From positions 1 through 64,000 of IMG/VR virus record IMGVR_UViG_3300027413_000005: 64,000 nt of DNA; one strand, written 5' to 3'. The DNA is from an uncultured virus (IMG/VR IMGVR_UViG_3300027413_000005). Its lineage: Duplodnaviria > Heunggongvirae > Uroviricota > Caudoviricetes. Positions 27,521 through 37,479 of this stretch are shown piece by piece; position 1 is the first letter of the stretch, and each line of letters begins with the position of its first letter. The notes under the pieces are model-generated. The model was not told the origin of the DNA, ran no database searches, and saw nothing but the letters and a program-made list of their open reading frames with translations. A program made the position numbers and the translations under genes.

Positions 27521-30286
27521 ATGACAATACTTATAACATTAACTTTAGCAGGCATAGATACAGGTCCATTTGATCTATATTCTGATGCAGATAATTATCA
27601 AAATGCATTTGAGACTAATGTTTCCAGACAAGATCTATTGAATGGTTACACTTCTAATAATGCCCCTGTTGGAACTACTACTGTTAGGTTAGATAGTACA
27701 AATCAGACTTGCGGTTCAGTGGATATATATTCTTGTGTTAGACCAAATTGTGATTTTACAGGAGAGATAATTTGTGATGTTACAACAACTACAACCAGTA
27801 CATCTTCATCTTCAACTACAACTACTACTACTACATCAAGTGGACCTGGACCAATTACTTCACTATGTCTTTGGTCAACTCTTAACGAAGGAACCTCCGG
27901 AGAACTAGGAGTATATAATATAGACACCAATGTAGTAACTACAGTATTAGTTCCTAATGACTTTTTAGTAACCCAAGGTGTAACTAGACCTATATGTAGT
28001 ACACAAAATAAACTTTGGTTAGCTAGTGAAACAGACCTTACCCAGAACAACTTTATAATTAGAGAATATGATGTAACTTTTACATCAGGTAATGTAGGTT
28101 TATCTTTTACAAGAGACATTACTGTTAGCACACAAGGTATCCTATCATACCCTGGTTATTCTAGAGTTGGTTCTGAATGTACGGCACTAACTGCTATTAA
28201 TGATACAAGTATAATAATAGTTTTTGGTGGACCAACTGCTACTGTTATTTCACCAGATGTATGGGGTTTTACTATTGATATAAGTCAAACAGGTAATATT
28301 GCTAAAAATCTAACATCTAGTATTGGAAGAACTGTTAAACCTGTAATAAATACCTATGGTAAGGTTGTTTCAAACCCTAGACTACTATATCTTAATAACG
28401 GTGATGTTATTACTAGTATGAGGATGGATGGCGAAGTTGATGGTCCTTATAATGGGAATTATCTACAACAATACAACATTTCAAATAATGATCGTATAAC
28501 TGGAACTATGAAGTTGCAGGATTTAGGCATTCCAGAATTTACCGTTAATTACACTTCTGAGAAATATATAGATATATTCTCAATAAATAGTAAATTATAT
28601 GCTCTTCAACCAGAATTAAATAGAGTATATGAAATATCACAAACTCCTGACTACCAACAACAATCATCAAATCTTGTAGGTACAAATGTAAAAAGTTTAT
28701 CTACAACTAGTGGTTGTGCAGATATTACCCTTTATGCAGAACCAGAATGTGAATCTACTACAATACCTAATATGTACGACCAAGCAGGAGATGTGTACAT
28801 AGGTCCAGTACCGTTTACGTATGCAGGTGTGACTGTTATGGCTAGTAGTACACTTGCTGCTGGATCTAACGGAATTGTTGGTACTGGTGGAGGGGTGACA
28901 CTATATAAGTTGTGCGCTTATACTGGACTAGTTATAGCCTATGACTTTGTTGTTCAAGGGTCCGTATTTGAAATTATACTAACGTTTGCTCAACCTGTAA
29001 ATAATATTCCAATAACAGCTGCAGTACTAAATACCGTATTAACTGAAGAAGGTGAATTTAGTAATGGAGACATTTATCAAGTAGATACAAATACAGAAAC
29101 TCCAACTCTTTCAATATCGACAGGTTATGGAGTTAAGGTTATTGGTAACCAGTTTGGAGGAATAGATTATTATAATAATGACAATAATGGAGAGTTTATT
29201 GTAACTTGTGAAACTGACTATACTATATTAACTTTATCAGGACAAGCTCCTACTGGTGGACCAGTTGGATTAGGATGTACTGTACCACCTCTAAATTGTA
29301 ATAGAATATTTAGTGAACCTAGTCAAGGAAGAGACTGTGTTCCTGGAGTGTGTGCTCCTCAAAACAACTGGCCATCTTCAGGTCCTGAATATAAAAAGCT
29401 CTACTCACACAATGTTGCAACAGGAGTTTTAGAAGAAATACCATACCCAGCAGCAAGCGCTTTCACGACTCCTAACAGTGATGTTAGTGAAACTTATTTA
29501 ATAAATCAACTACTGTTAACAAATGCAGAAAGTCTTACAACAAGTTTTAGATTTGCAAGATATAGATATAATGAGTCATCAACTGGGGTACCTCAAAACC
29601 TTGATTGGGACGGCATAGTTTATGAAATAGATAAAAATGATTTACCTGGTGTATTTAGTAATTTTATATATGGACTAAGTGCAATTAATGATGATGTAAT
29701 AAGTCTTAATTACCAACGCACTACTGCAGGTGGTGGTGGTCACATGGTGGTTGAAGCACAATTTGTACCAGGATCTACAACATTAGCAATAACTGAAAAA
29801 TTTACAATACCTGAGCCATTTAATGGAGGTAGTGAGAGTGTAGTAACTCTTAACGAAGATGGAACACCAAATAAATTTATAGCTTTACGATCAAACGAAC
29901 CTGTGATAATTTCACAATTTGATTATGCTACAGGTAATTTTGAAGGTGATGTTGAATTATCTGCTCCAGGAAACCCTGAAAACTATAGAACTGGAGGAGA
30001 CATGTGTGTAATTGGTGACTTCTTATATATTTCTATAAAAGATTTACCTAATAATAACACTGACTTATGGAAGGTTAGTTTCGATACACTAGAATGGAGC
30101 ATTGCAGAGTCTGATGATAGTTATAATGGTGGAAGTTCAGGAAGTAAACCAAGCTGTAGAATAAGTAATGGATTTACATCATTTGATCCACCGCCATCTA
30201 CTACAACTACTAGTACAACAACAGGGCTGCCAGCAGGAGTAAAAACAATATGGACTACATTTTCAGCCTACACATCCCCAATATAA
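27521..30286 (+). CDS. Modular virion protein: repeated module, Thr linker, two propeller-like and one beta-sandwich-like cassettes
   Basis: 921 aa; internal paralogy (LTAINDTSII / LSAINDDVIS); fold calls are inference. Confidence 0.8.
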   Translation: MTILITLTLAGIDTGPFDLYSDADNYQNAFETNVSRQDLLNGYTSNNAPVGTTTVRLDSTNQTCGSVDIYSCVRPNCDFTGEIICDVTTTTTSTSSSSTTTTTTTSSGPGPITSLCLWSTLNEGTSGELGVYNIDTNVVTTVLVPNDFLVTQGVTRPICSTQNKLWLASETDLTQNNFIIREYDVTFTSGNVGLSFTRDITVSTQGILSYPGYSRVGSECTALTAINDTSIIIVFGGPTATVISPDVWGFTIDISQTGNIAKNLTSSIGRTVKPVINTYGKVVSNPRLLYLNNGDVITSMRMDGEVDGPYNGNYLQQYNISNNDRITGTMKLQDLGIPEFTVNYTSEKYIDIFSINSKLYALQPELNRVYEISQTPDYQQQSSNLVGTNVKSLSTTSGCADITLYAEPECESTTIPNMYDQAGDVYIGPVPFTYAGVTVMASSTLAAGSNGIVGTGGGVTLYKLCAYTGLVIAYDFVVQGSVFEIILTFAQPVNNIPITAAVLNTVLTEEGEFSNGDIYQVDTNTETPTLSISTGYGVKVIGNQFGGIDYYNNDNNGEFIVTCETDYTILTLSGQAPTGGPVGLGCTVPPLNCNRIFSEPSQGRDCVPGVCAPQNNWPSSGPEYKKLYSHNVATGVLEEIPYPAASAFTTPNSDVSETYLINQLLLTNAESLTTSFRFARYRYNESSTGVPQNLDWDGIVYEIDKNDLPGVFSNFIYGLSAINDDVISLNYQRTTAGGGGHMVVEAQFVPGSTTLAITEKFTIPEPFNGGSESVVTLNEDGTPNKFIALRSNEPVIISQFDYATGNFEGDVELSAPGNPENYRTGGDMCVIGDFLYISIKDLPNNNTDLWKVSFDTLEWSIAESDDSYNGGSSGSKPSCRISNGFTSFDPPPSTTTTSTTTGLPAGVKTIWTTFSAYTSPI

Positions 30287-30293
30287 ATAAGCT

Positions 30294-31643
30294 ATGGAAG
30301 GAAAAATAACAAAAGAAGTATCAAAAAAGATTAAGGAATTAGCTATTCAATATCCTCAAGCAGTTTCTATTGGTTTGGGTAAAAAAATAACTAATGGAGT
30401 TGATACTGGAGAATTTGCTATAGTTATATCTATACCAAAAAAGAAGAAACTTTCTGAACTTACATCTTCTGAAATAATAGTTGATAATGTAACTATAGAA
30501 AATGAAGGAGTGGTAAAAGTAGATATTATAGAAGAAACTATTATACAACATTTAGGATGTGACGCATTTTGTGGTAACACAGCAGCAGGTTCAAATAATG
30601 CAGCTAATAGAGCAACCAATCAACTGATGCAAGGAGGTATTTCCTTCTCTAGCAGAAATAATACAAAAACTGTAGGAACATTAGGAGGAATGGTAAAACA
30701 TGTAGAAACTGGTACAACCGTAGGTTTAACTAATAATCATGTATCAATAAATGATGCTTTTTACACTTCAGATAGAGACATAAATAATCAATACTTAAAT
30801 GATGCATTTCCAGTTAATCGTGTGTATCAAAATGGAGAAAATGGTCCTAACACTCCTGTTAGTAATAATATGGGAGTTAGTCTAAGGTATGTACCTATTC
30901 ATAAAAAAAGTACAGGTATATGGAATCAAGTAGATGCAGCTATCTGTTCTATAGTTGAATCTAGATTTAATATAAATACTGCTTGGAATCAAATAGGGTT
31001 AGAATCTATATTAGGTAGTACTGCTCCACCTTTTGCTAGTACAGCTGAATTAGATTTATTATTAACTATCAATCCTCGTGTATATAGTTCTGGAAGAACA
31101 ACTGGACCAAAAGGATTAATGCCTGAATGTCCTATGACAATATCAGCAGTTGATGCACTTGTTACCAGTATAGGATACCAAATGCAGAATCCTACACAAG
31201 CAAACTTAGCAGATGCTCAGAATAGTCCTTATTATGTAGTCTGTCAATTTGATAGAGCTATTAAGTTTGTAAAACCAAATAACGATACACCTGACAGTAC
31301 AGTTCCAGGATGTATAAATCCTATATTTAGTGGAGATTCTGGATCTTTTCTTTTAGCAGAATTAAATGGGACTATTAAAATAATAGGACTTTGTTATGCA
31401 GGAAGTTCAAATAGTCAAGGTCAAGTAACCACAGGAATCGCCTGTAGGATAGATGATGTAGTACAACAATTAGGAATAGCTGCATATGATCCAGATGATG
31501 TATTAGCTGGAAGATTAGCTGACCCTGACAGTATAATATATATTACAGAACCAGGAACAAGTGATGATAAAATAAGATCTTGTAATTCCAAAACATACTG
31601 GCAAGCAGGTTTTACAGATACATTAGAAAATCAATGCGTATAA
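30294..31643 (+). CDS. Nal1-like trypsin-family serine protease
   Basis: GTLG, LTNNHV (His), VDAA (Asp), GRTTG, GDSGS (Ser) and IIGLCYAG; N-terminal VSIGLGKKITNG..TGEFAIVI..KK domain. Confidence 0.88.
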   Translation: MEGKITKEVSKKIKELAIQYPQAVSIGLGKKITNGVDTGEFAIVISIPKKKKLSELTSSEIIVDNVTIENEGVVKVDIIEETIIQHLGCDAFCGNTAAGSNNAANRATNQLMQGGISFSSRNNTKTVGTLGGMVKHVETGTTVGLTNNHVSINDAFYTSDRDINNQYLNDAFPVNRVYQNGENGPNTPVSNNMGVSLRYVPIHKKSTGIWNQVDAAICSIVESRFNINTAWNQIGLESILGSTAPPFASTAELDLLLTINPRVYSSGRTTGPKGLMPECPMTISAVDALVTSIGYQMQNPTQANLADAQNSPYYVVCQFDRAIKFVKPNNDTPDSTVPGCINPIFSGDSGSFLLAELNGTIKIIGLCYAGSSNSQGQVTTGIACRIDDVVQQLGIAAYDPDDVLAGRLADPDSIIYITEPGTSDDKIRSCNSKTYWQAGFTDTLENQCV

Positions 31644-31654
31644 TAAATTAAGAT

Positions 31655-32743
31655 ATGTTAATACAAATAAATATAACAATTCCTCCAACTGGCAGTGCTG
31701 GACCATTTGATTTATTTTCAGATGCAAATGCATACAGTTCTCCATTTCAAACACAAGTTCCAGCTACTGCTTTAGAAAATGGCTATGTGGTAACACTTCC
31801 TATAGGTGCAACTATTATTAGAGTGTGTTCTGTTGGTACGTGTGAAAACTGTATTGACTTACCAACTAATTGTCCAACTACAACTACAACATCTACTAGT
31901 TCAACAACAACAACTACAAGTACAAGTAGTACAACTACAACAACTACCACTGCACCTCCGCCATATGAATTTAACTTTGAGTTATATACACAAACTCCAG
32001 GTTATATAGGAACTGTAAATTTAGTAATAAATGTAGATGGTTCTCCTGTAACAAATACAACAATAACTAGTGGGGCTGATTTTGCATCTGGAACTATCAA
32101 TGTACTAGAAGGTCAAGTTGTAACCGCAACTATTACTAACTCTAATGTAGGAACTTGGGATCTACGAAATATAGTTAGCAAAGACGGTAGCGCTTATCAA
32201 CCTGAAGATGCTTGTGATGATTGTAATCAATTAATTACACCACTTTTTTCTTCATATACAATGGAGCCATTTAATACACTTTTTCAATTTGGAGGAAATA
32301 TAATTGTTCCAACAACAACTACAACAACAAGTACAAGCACAAGTACAAGTACAAGTACAACAAGTACGACAAGTACAACTACTACTATAGCGTGTTGTTT
32401 AAACGGTCCAGTTGCAGTAATTGTTCCACTTACTACCACCACTACAACTTCCTCAGGAGGCTTTCTTGAGCCAGCTCAGATTTCATCACAAGGTGCAAAC
32501 AGTAGCGGTGCAGCATGTGGTTTAAATATAAATACTAATATATGGGCAAGAACTGAAATTACAGGAGTAATTTCGCCAGGTGATTCCTTGTGGAATAATC
32601 CAACTGGAACTAGTCCTTATGTTGGAAATGATAACTTTAGACGTTTAAAACTAACAGAAAGCATAAGTGCTCAATCCGAAAAAGGAGTATATCTACCTGA
32701 AGGAGATAATGTGATCCAATCACCTTTCTCAATATGTTCATAA
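31655..32743 (+). CDS. Modular virion protein (repeated module plus Thr-linked cassettes)
   Basis: AGPFDLFSD...FQTQVP...LENGY module; three Thr/Ser tracts. Confidence 0.8.
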   Translation: MLIQINITIPPTGSAGPFDLFSDANAYSSPFQTQVPATALENGYVVTLPIGATIIRVCSVGTCENCIDLPTNCPTTTTTSTSSTTTTTSTSSTTTTTTTAPPPYEFNFELYTQTPGYIGTVNLVINVDGSPVTNTTITSGADFASGTINVLEGQVVTATITNSNVGTWDLRNIVSKDGSAYQPEDACDDCNQLITPLFSSYTMEPFNTLFQFGGNIIVPTTTTTTSTSTSTSTSTTSTTSTTTTIACCLNGPVAVIVPLTTTTTTSSGGFLEPAQISSQGANSSGAACGLNINTNIWARTEITGVISPGDSLWNNPTGTSPYVGNDNFRRLKLTESISAQSEKGVYLPEGDNVIQSPFSICS

Positions 32744-32762
32744 TCATTTAAAAAATAATAAA

Positions 32763-33014
32763 ATGGCACAACCACCACTAAAATTTCCTGTAAAAGTAAC
32801 TCTCGTAAGCGCTTGTTCAAGCTCAGGACCTTGTGACATATATGGAAACTCAGATAATTTTACAGTACCTCTTGTTCAAAATGTATTGATATCTACACTT
32901 ACTAGTCCTATTGGATATGTTTTTGTAGGAGGCGTTCCTTCTGGAACTACTATTTTAAGAATTCAAAATACAGGAACTTGTACAAACTATGTAGATGTGC
33001 CAATAACATTTTAA
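32763..33014 (+). CDS. Stand-alone repeated module
   Basis: SGPCDIY...VQNV...GY...VPSGTTILRIQNTGTCTNYVDV. Confidence 0.75.
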   Translation: MAQPPLKFPVKVTLVSACSSSGPCDIYGNSDNFTVPLVQNVLISTLTSPIGYVFVGGVPSGTTILRIQNTGTCTNYVDVPITF

Positions 33015-33019
33015 TAATT

Positions 33020-33688
33020 ATGACAGAATCAATACAAATACAATCAAATAACATTGGTATAGATGCAGGTCCATTTAATATATTTTCCCAAGTAAATGGA
33101 TTTACAGAAGCATTTGAAACTGATATAACACCTGTGCAATTACTTATCGGATTTATTTCTTATAATGCACCTGTTGGAACTACGACTATACGAGTGGTAT
33201 CAACTAGTGAGGATTGTAATGATTATGTAGAGGAGACAGTAGACGATGTTCCACTCTGTCAAGATAAGGTAGTGGTATTTCAAGTTTGTAACTCAAACGC
33301 TTTAGTAGATGATAATTTTGATGTTTTTCTAAATGGAGTTTTAATTGGAAACTTAGACTTGCAACAACCTGCTCAAGTTGGTTCAGTTTTCATAGGCAGT
33401 ACTTCTACTTTAACTATAGGAACTTCAGATTTCACATGTCCTTTAAACTTAATGCAGGAGTTCTTTTTTGACCCTGCTCTTATATCTACTACTAATGTTA
33501 TAGATATGGTAAATACCCAAAATAATGGAAACGGTAATGCAGGAACATTTGAAATAAGAAACTATGAATTAACCGGCACTGTGTTATCAAATGCTTGTAT
33601 TGTAAAAAATGCTAATTTTGAAGGAGTTAGTGGTGATAGTTTTCAATTCGATTGGAACTATACTCAATGTTGTCCAGACCCCACATAA
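33020..33688 (+). CDS. Repeated module plus beta-rich domain
   Basis: ATG 33020 (MTESIQ) preferred to 32978; AGPFNIFS...AFETDI...LLIGF...APVGTTTIRVVS. Confidence 0.8.
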   Translation: MTESIQIQSNNIGIDAGPFNIFSQVNGFTEAFETDITPVQLLIGFISYNAPVGTTTIRVVSTSEDCNDYVEETVDDVPLCQDKVVVFQVCNSNALVDDNFDVFLNGVLIGNLDLQQPAQVGSVFIGSTSTLTIGTSDFTCPLNLMQEFFFDPALISTTNVIDMVNTQNNGNGNAGTFEIRNYELTGTVLSNACIVKNANFEGVSGDSFQFDWNYTQCCPDPT

Positions 33689-33690
33689 AA

Positions 33691-33752
33691 AAGTTCTCTT
33701 TTGTTGGTTTTAGAGAACTTCTCCTAGGGACTACATGTCCTTAGGAGTTTTT
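33691..33752 (+). terminator. Tandem hairpins ending in a Rho-independent terminator
   Basis: AAGTTCTCT/AGAGAACTT, then CTCCTAGGGAC/GTCCTTAGGAG followed by TTTTT. Confidence 0.8.
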
Positions 33753-33755
33753 ATT

Positions 33756-33833
33756 TATAACGAGATTAGTTATAAAGAATAAGTGTCTCTAGTAAATTTA
33801 TTTGTAATATCCAAAATAAATTCCATATCTTTA
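33756..33833 (+). promoter_or_regulatory. Promoter with an upstream palindromic operator
   Basis: TATAAC-N7-GTTATA (33756-33774); TTTG (33801) - 21 nt - TATCTTTA (33826-33833). Confidence 0.7.
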
Positions 33834-33858
33834 CCATATTTAACTAAAACCACATACT

Positions 33859-35100
33859 ATGTCGTACTCTGAAGATTTACTCGTCCAGTTAAAATCAATG
33901 TTAGCTTGGAAGAAGAGTAAAAAGTTTTATGCTGAGAAGTTGCAAATTACAGAAGATGAAGTGAATGATTTGCTAAAAGATATTAAAAAGGAAAATAAAG
34001 ATCCTTTAGAAGAATTTACAAAAGAGTCAAGTAAGTTTGAAGAATTAGAATTTGTAAGGAAGGTAAACAAAGAAAAGGGTACAGTAGAAAGTACTGTTAC
34101 TTTAGACTTTGAACCAAAAAGTGAAATAGATTTAGCTGCATTGCACAAAATAGATCTATCTAAATATATAATTACTAATTACTGGTCTAAACTACTCCCT
34201 AGTGGAAAGTTTACATCTTCTGTGTTTTCTAAAAGAAAACAACCTAAAGATTATACACCAGAAGACTTTAAACAGTTTTTAGAAAACTATAAGTCAAACT
34301 ACATTCCAACTCCTACACCAGAAAGAAACGATCACAAAGATCTTGTAGATATTGAGTTATCTCTTTCAGATTTTCATTTAGCAAAACGATATGTAGATGG
34401 AGATAATGATCCTGGAACTAGAGCTGTTAGATTTATTAACGTAGCTCAAAAGCTAATAGACAAAGTTAAATCAGTATATGATATAAATAGAGTGGTCTTC
34501 CCTATATCAAATGATTTTTTCCATACCGATAATTATCAAAATCAAACAACAAATGGAACACCTCAAGATGTCATATTAGATTATGCCACTGAGTATGAAT
34601 TAGGATTTTCTATTCTTGTAGACACCATTAAGATGTTAAAGTCAAACTCTTTGGATGTTCAAGTGATATTGGTTCAAGGTAATCATGATAGAACTAAATC
34701 ATTTTATTTAGCACATGCGCTAGATGTATACTTTCAAGATGAACCAAATGTATTCTTTGATAGAGAAGAAGGTTTAGTAAAAGCAACCGTAATAGGTAAT
34801 ACATTCATTGGTTTTCATCACGGTAATTGTAAAATAGAGGCACTACCTTTATTATTTGCAACACACCCAAAGTATAGTAAATGGTTTGGAGATTCTACAT
34901 ATAGAGAAGTTCACACTGGTGATAAACATCACTATATGGCTAAAGAAATCAAAGGAGTGAGAATACAGCAAATGCCTAGTTTATCTGGAACAGATAGGTG
35001 GCATAAAGATAATAATTTTGTACATAGTGTACGAGCTGCTCTAGCTTTAGTCTATGACTTTAAAGTAGGAAAGGTAGCTGAATTTGAAGAAAGAATATAA
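33859..35100 (+). CDS. Calcineurin-like metallophosphoesterase with an N-terminal HTH-like segment
   Basis: SDFH, NDFFH, GNHD, FHHG and HTGDKHH metal-binding motifs. Confidence 0.85.
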   Translation: MSYSEDLLVQLKSMLAWKKSKKFYAEKLQITEDEVNDLLKDIKKENKDPLEEFTKESSKFEELEFVRKVNKEKGTVESTVTLDFEPKSEIDLAALHKIDLSKYIITNYWSKLLPSGKFTSSVFSKRKQPKDYTPEDFKQFLENYKSNYIPTPTPERNDHKDLVDIELSLSDFHLAKRYVDGDNDPGTRAVRFINVAQKLIDKVKSVYDINRVVFPISNDFFHTDNYQNQTTNGTPQDVILDYATEYELGFSILVDTIKMLKSNSLDVQVILVQGNHDRTKSFYLAHALDVYFQDEPNVFFDREEGLVKATVIGNTFIGFHHGNCKIEALPLLFATHPKYSKWFGDSTYREVHTGDKHHYMAKEIKGVRIQQMPSLSGTDRWHKDNNFVHSVRAALALVYDFKVGKVAEFEERI

Positions 35101-35102
35101 AC

Positions 35103-35246
35103 ATGGCAACAAAATACGGAAAACCTACCCCAGGTAAAAATGTAAAAGCTCCTAAGGTTCGTCCTTATAATATGAAAAATAATTATATGAGAGAGGCTGA
35201 TCAATTAGGAGGTATACTAGGTAACAGAACACGCAAAACACCATAA
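35103..35246 (+). CDS. Small basic protein (47 aa, MATKYGKPTPGKNVKAPKVRPY...)
   Basis: Hand-translated; fills the gap between 35100 and 35248. Confidence 0.65.
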   Translation: MATKYGKPTPGKNVKAPKVRPYNMKNNYMREADQLGGILGNRTRKTP

Positions 35247-35247
35247 G

Positions 35248-35976
35248 ATGGCAACACTAAGAAAATTAGTTTCAGATGTGCGATCTATGCACAAGATATT
35301 ATCAACAGACGCACTTATCACAGATCGAGCAATTGCTTCTGAGGTTAAGAATAATGCCCAATTGTTAATTAAGAGAGAAACTAATTTAAGAAAACTATGG
35401 GCTAGTGATACATTATTTACTACCATCCCATGTTTAGAAATGAAAGAAGTACCTATTTCAGAGTGCTGCGAGTATGCAGATGAATGTAATGTTTCAAGAA
35501 CAGTATTTAAATTACCCAGAATATCTGAAGGTAATTATCAATACATAATTCAAGGAGTATATTCTGTAGATGCTATGGGAGGTAGAGGTACTAAGTTAAA
35601 AGAAATAACTATTAACAGATTTATAAATTTGTTAAAGTTACCCATAGTAAAGAATGATTATTATTTTTGGATATCTAATGGATATTTATATGTTAATAAT
35701 CCTTTACTAAAAGCTATAAGATTAGCTGCATTTTTTGAAGAAGATGTACCTAATGAAATCATGTACCCAGAATGTGGGTGTGGAACTCCTGAATATACAG
35801 ATGAGGAATATTGTAAGAATCCTTTAGATAAAGAATATGCATTACCTGGTTATTTAGAACAGCAAGCATTGTCACTAACCTCTCAAAAACTTCTAGCTAC
35901 ATATTTTCAAATTAAAACAGACATGAGTAATGAGGGAATAGATGGTCAGTCACCAAACGCCCAACCTACTCAATAA
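35248..35976 (+). CDS. Tail ring-like structural protein
   Basis: 242 aa; gene order before the IHF-like/tubular/stabilisation genes. Confidence 0.6.
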   Translation: MATLRKLVSDVRSMHKILSTDALITDRAIASEVKNNAQLLIKRETNLRKLWASDTLFTTIPCLEMKEVPISECCEYADECNVSRTVFKLPRISEGNYQYIIQGVYSVDAMGGRGTKLKEITINRFINLLKLPIVKNDYYFWISNGYLYVNNPLLKAIRLAAFFEEDVPNEIMYPECGCGTPEYTDEEYCKNPLDKEYALPGYLEQQALSLTSQKLLATYFQIKTDMSNEGIDGQSPNAQPTQ

Positions 35977-35986
35977 TAAATTATAT

Positions 35987-36466
35987 ATGTCAAGAGTAGC
36001 AGTTGATTGGAGAAGTGCTAGTAAGAAAAGTTATGAGGATTTTTGTAAAAAGAACCCTCTAATATCTCTGAATTTTGATGAGTGGAAAAATATTCTTTAT
36101 TCATTTAATGAATCATTTAAACACTATATCTTAGAAACAGGAGAAAGGGAAAAACTCCCTACTGGTTTTGGAGAGTTTTCTATAAATAAAAAGAAAAGAA
36201 AAAGAAGTAAAGATATTGATGGTAAAGAGTTTGTAAACTTACCTATTGATTGGGTAAAAACTAAAGAGAAAGGTAAACGTATCTATAACTTTAACTATCA
36301 TACAGAGGGTTATTTCTTTGGATGGATGTGGTTTAAACAAACTGCAAGATTTAGAAACTCAGACCTTTGGTACTTTAAACCTTCTAGAAGAACATCTAGA
36401 GACCTGTCTCATTACTTAAAGACAGATTCTAAATATCAACACACTTACAATGAATGGAAAAAATAA
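35987..36466 (+). CDS. crAss-like IHF/HU-related protein
   Basis: LPTGFGEFSI, IDW.KT, IYNFNYHTEGY and YFKPSR; ATG 35987 preferred. Confidence 0.7.
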   Translation: MSRVAVDWRSASKKSYEDFCKKNPLISLNFDEWKNILYSFNESFKHYILETGEREKLPTGFGEFSINKKKRKRSKDIDGKEFVNLPIDWVKTKEKGKRIYNFNYHTEGYFFGWMWFKQTARFRNSDLWYFKPSRRTSRDLSHYLKTDSKYQHTYNEWKK

Positions 36467-36469
36467 GTT

Positions 36470-37474
36470 ATGTCATACTACTATAAATACGATTTTGTAT
36501 CCCCTGAACCTCTATACGCAACAGTAAAAGAAGAACTTAAAAGTTACTTTGATACTGGAGCTGTAGATGATTTATTATTTCCTACTTACTTAGACAAATG
36601 TCTTAGAAAGATGGGTAGGACAACTTATCAAATTACCACTGAAGTTTTACTTATAGATGACTATCAATCAAGACTTCCAGATAATTTTCATGCAGTTAGA
36701 GAAGCGTGGATGTGTGCAGTTATACCAGGAAACCCTTATCCTGCAGCATCTTCATTTTATTCACAAGCTGCCAATGCTACCACCATTCAAGTTGCTCCAT
36801 TAACTATTGGAGGTTCACCCTGTAATAGACCTGATTGTCAACATCCTAGTTGTGACGGAACTTGTATGCCAGAGGTTGTGCAAGCTGTTTATAAAACAAA
36901 TGCTGAGATACCTAGATCTTATAGACGAACATACTTACTTCAACCAGGTAATATATCTGCAAGAAAAAACTGTAACTTATCATATACTAGTTCTTTTGAT
37001 CAGTATAATCAATTAGCTGTAGCAGGTGCTAACTTTACTCCTGGTGCTTCTTCTTACGATTCTTTTGACATTAGAGATAATAAGTTTATAACAAATTTTA
37101 GAAATGGTGTAATACACTTAGTCTTTTATTCAACAGATTATGATAAAATAGGAAATCAATTAATTCCTGACAATTATCGTGTTCGAGAATATATTGAATC
37201 TTTTATTAAGTTTAAAGTTTTTGAGACTTTAACTAATCAAACAGTAGATGAAACATTTAATCAACTACAAACTAAGTTAGTTTACCATAAACAAGTAATG
37301 GATGAAGCTTGGATAATGGCTGAAACAGAACTTAAAAAACAAACAGTATATCAGAAACAAAGAGCAATTGTTACTGACTTAAATCGTTTTAATCAATATG
37401 AACTTCCTGACTCAAGATCTCAAGTATCTGGTAGATACACTAACAGGTACGGAAGACGTAATGGAAATAGTTAA
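36470..37474 (+). CDS. Tail tubular/ring protein
   Basis: LPDNFH, FITNFRNG.IHL.FY and LIPDN motifs; gene order. Confidence 0.7.
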   Translation: MSYYYKYDFVSPEPLYATVKEELKSYFDTGAVDDLLFPTYLDKCLRKMGRTTYQITTEVLLIDDYQSRLPDNFHAVREAWMCAVIPGNPYPAASSFYSQAANATTIQVAPLTIGGSPCNRPDCQHPSCDGTCMPEVVQAVYKTNAEIPRSYRRTYLLQPGNISARKNCNLSYTSSFDQYNQLAVAGANFTPGASSYDSFDIRDNKFITNFRNGVIHLVFYSTDYDKIGNQLIPDNYRVREYIESFIKFKVFETLTNQTVDETFNQLQTKLVYHKQVMDEAWIMAETELKKQTVYQKQRAIVTDLNRFNQYELPDSRSQVSGRYTNRYGRRNGNS

Positions 37475-37479
37475 TACAC

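Noticed and set aside
27268..27580. Readthrough fusing the short module gene 27268..27516 to 27521
   Set aside because: The next gene is in a different frame, readthrough meets a TGA soon after, and 27521 has its own ATG and its own module copy
22440..28131. Minus-strand poly-Val ORFs (22440, 24075, 24696, 27703)
   Set aside because: Antisense shadows of (ACN)n Thr tracts in genuine plus-strand genes
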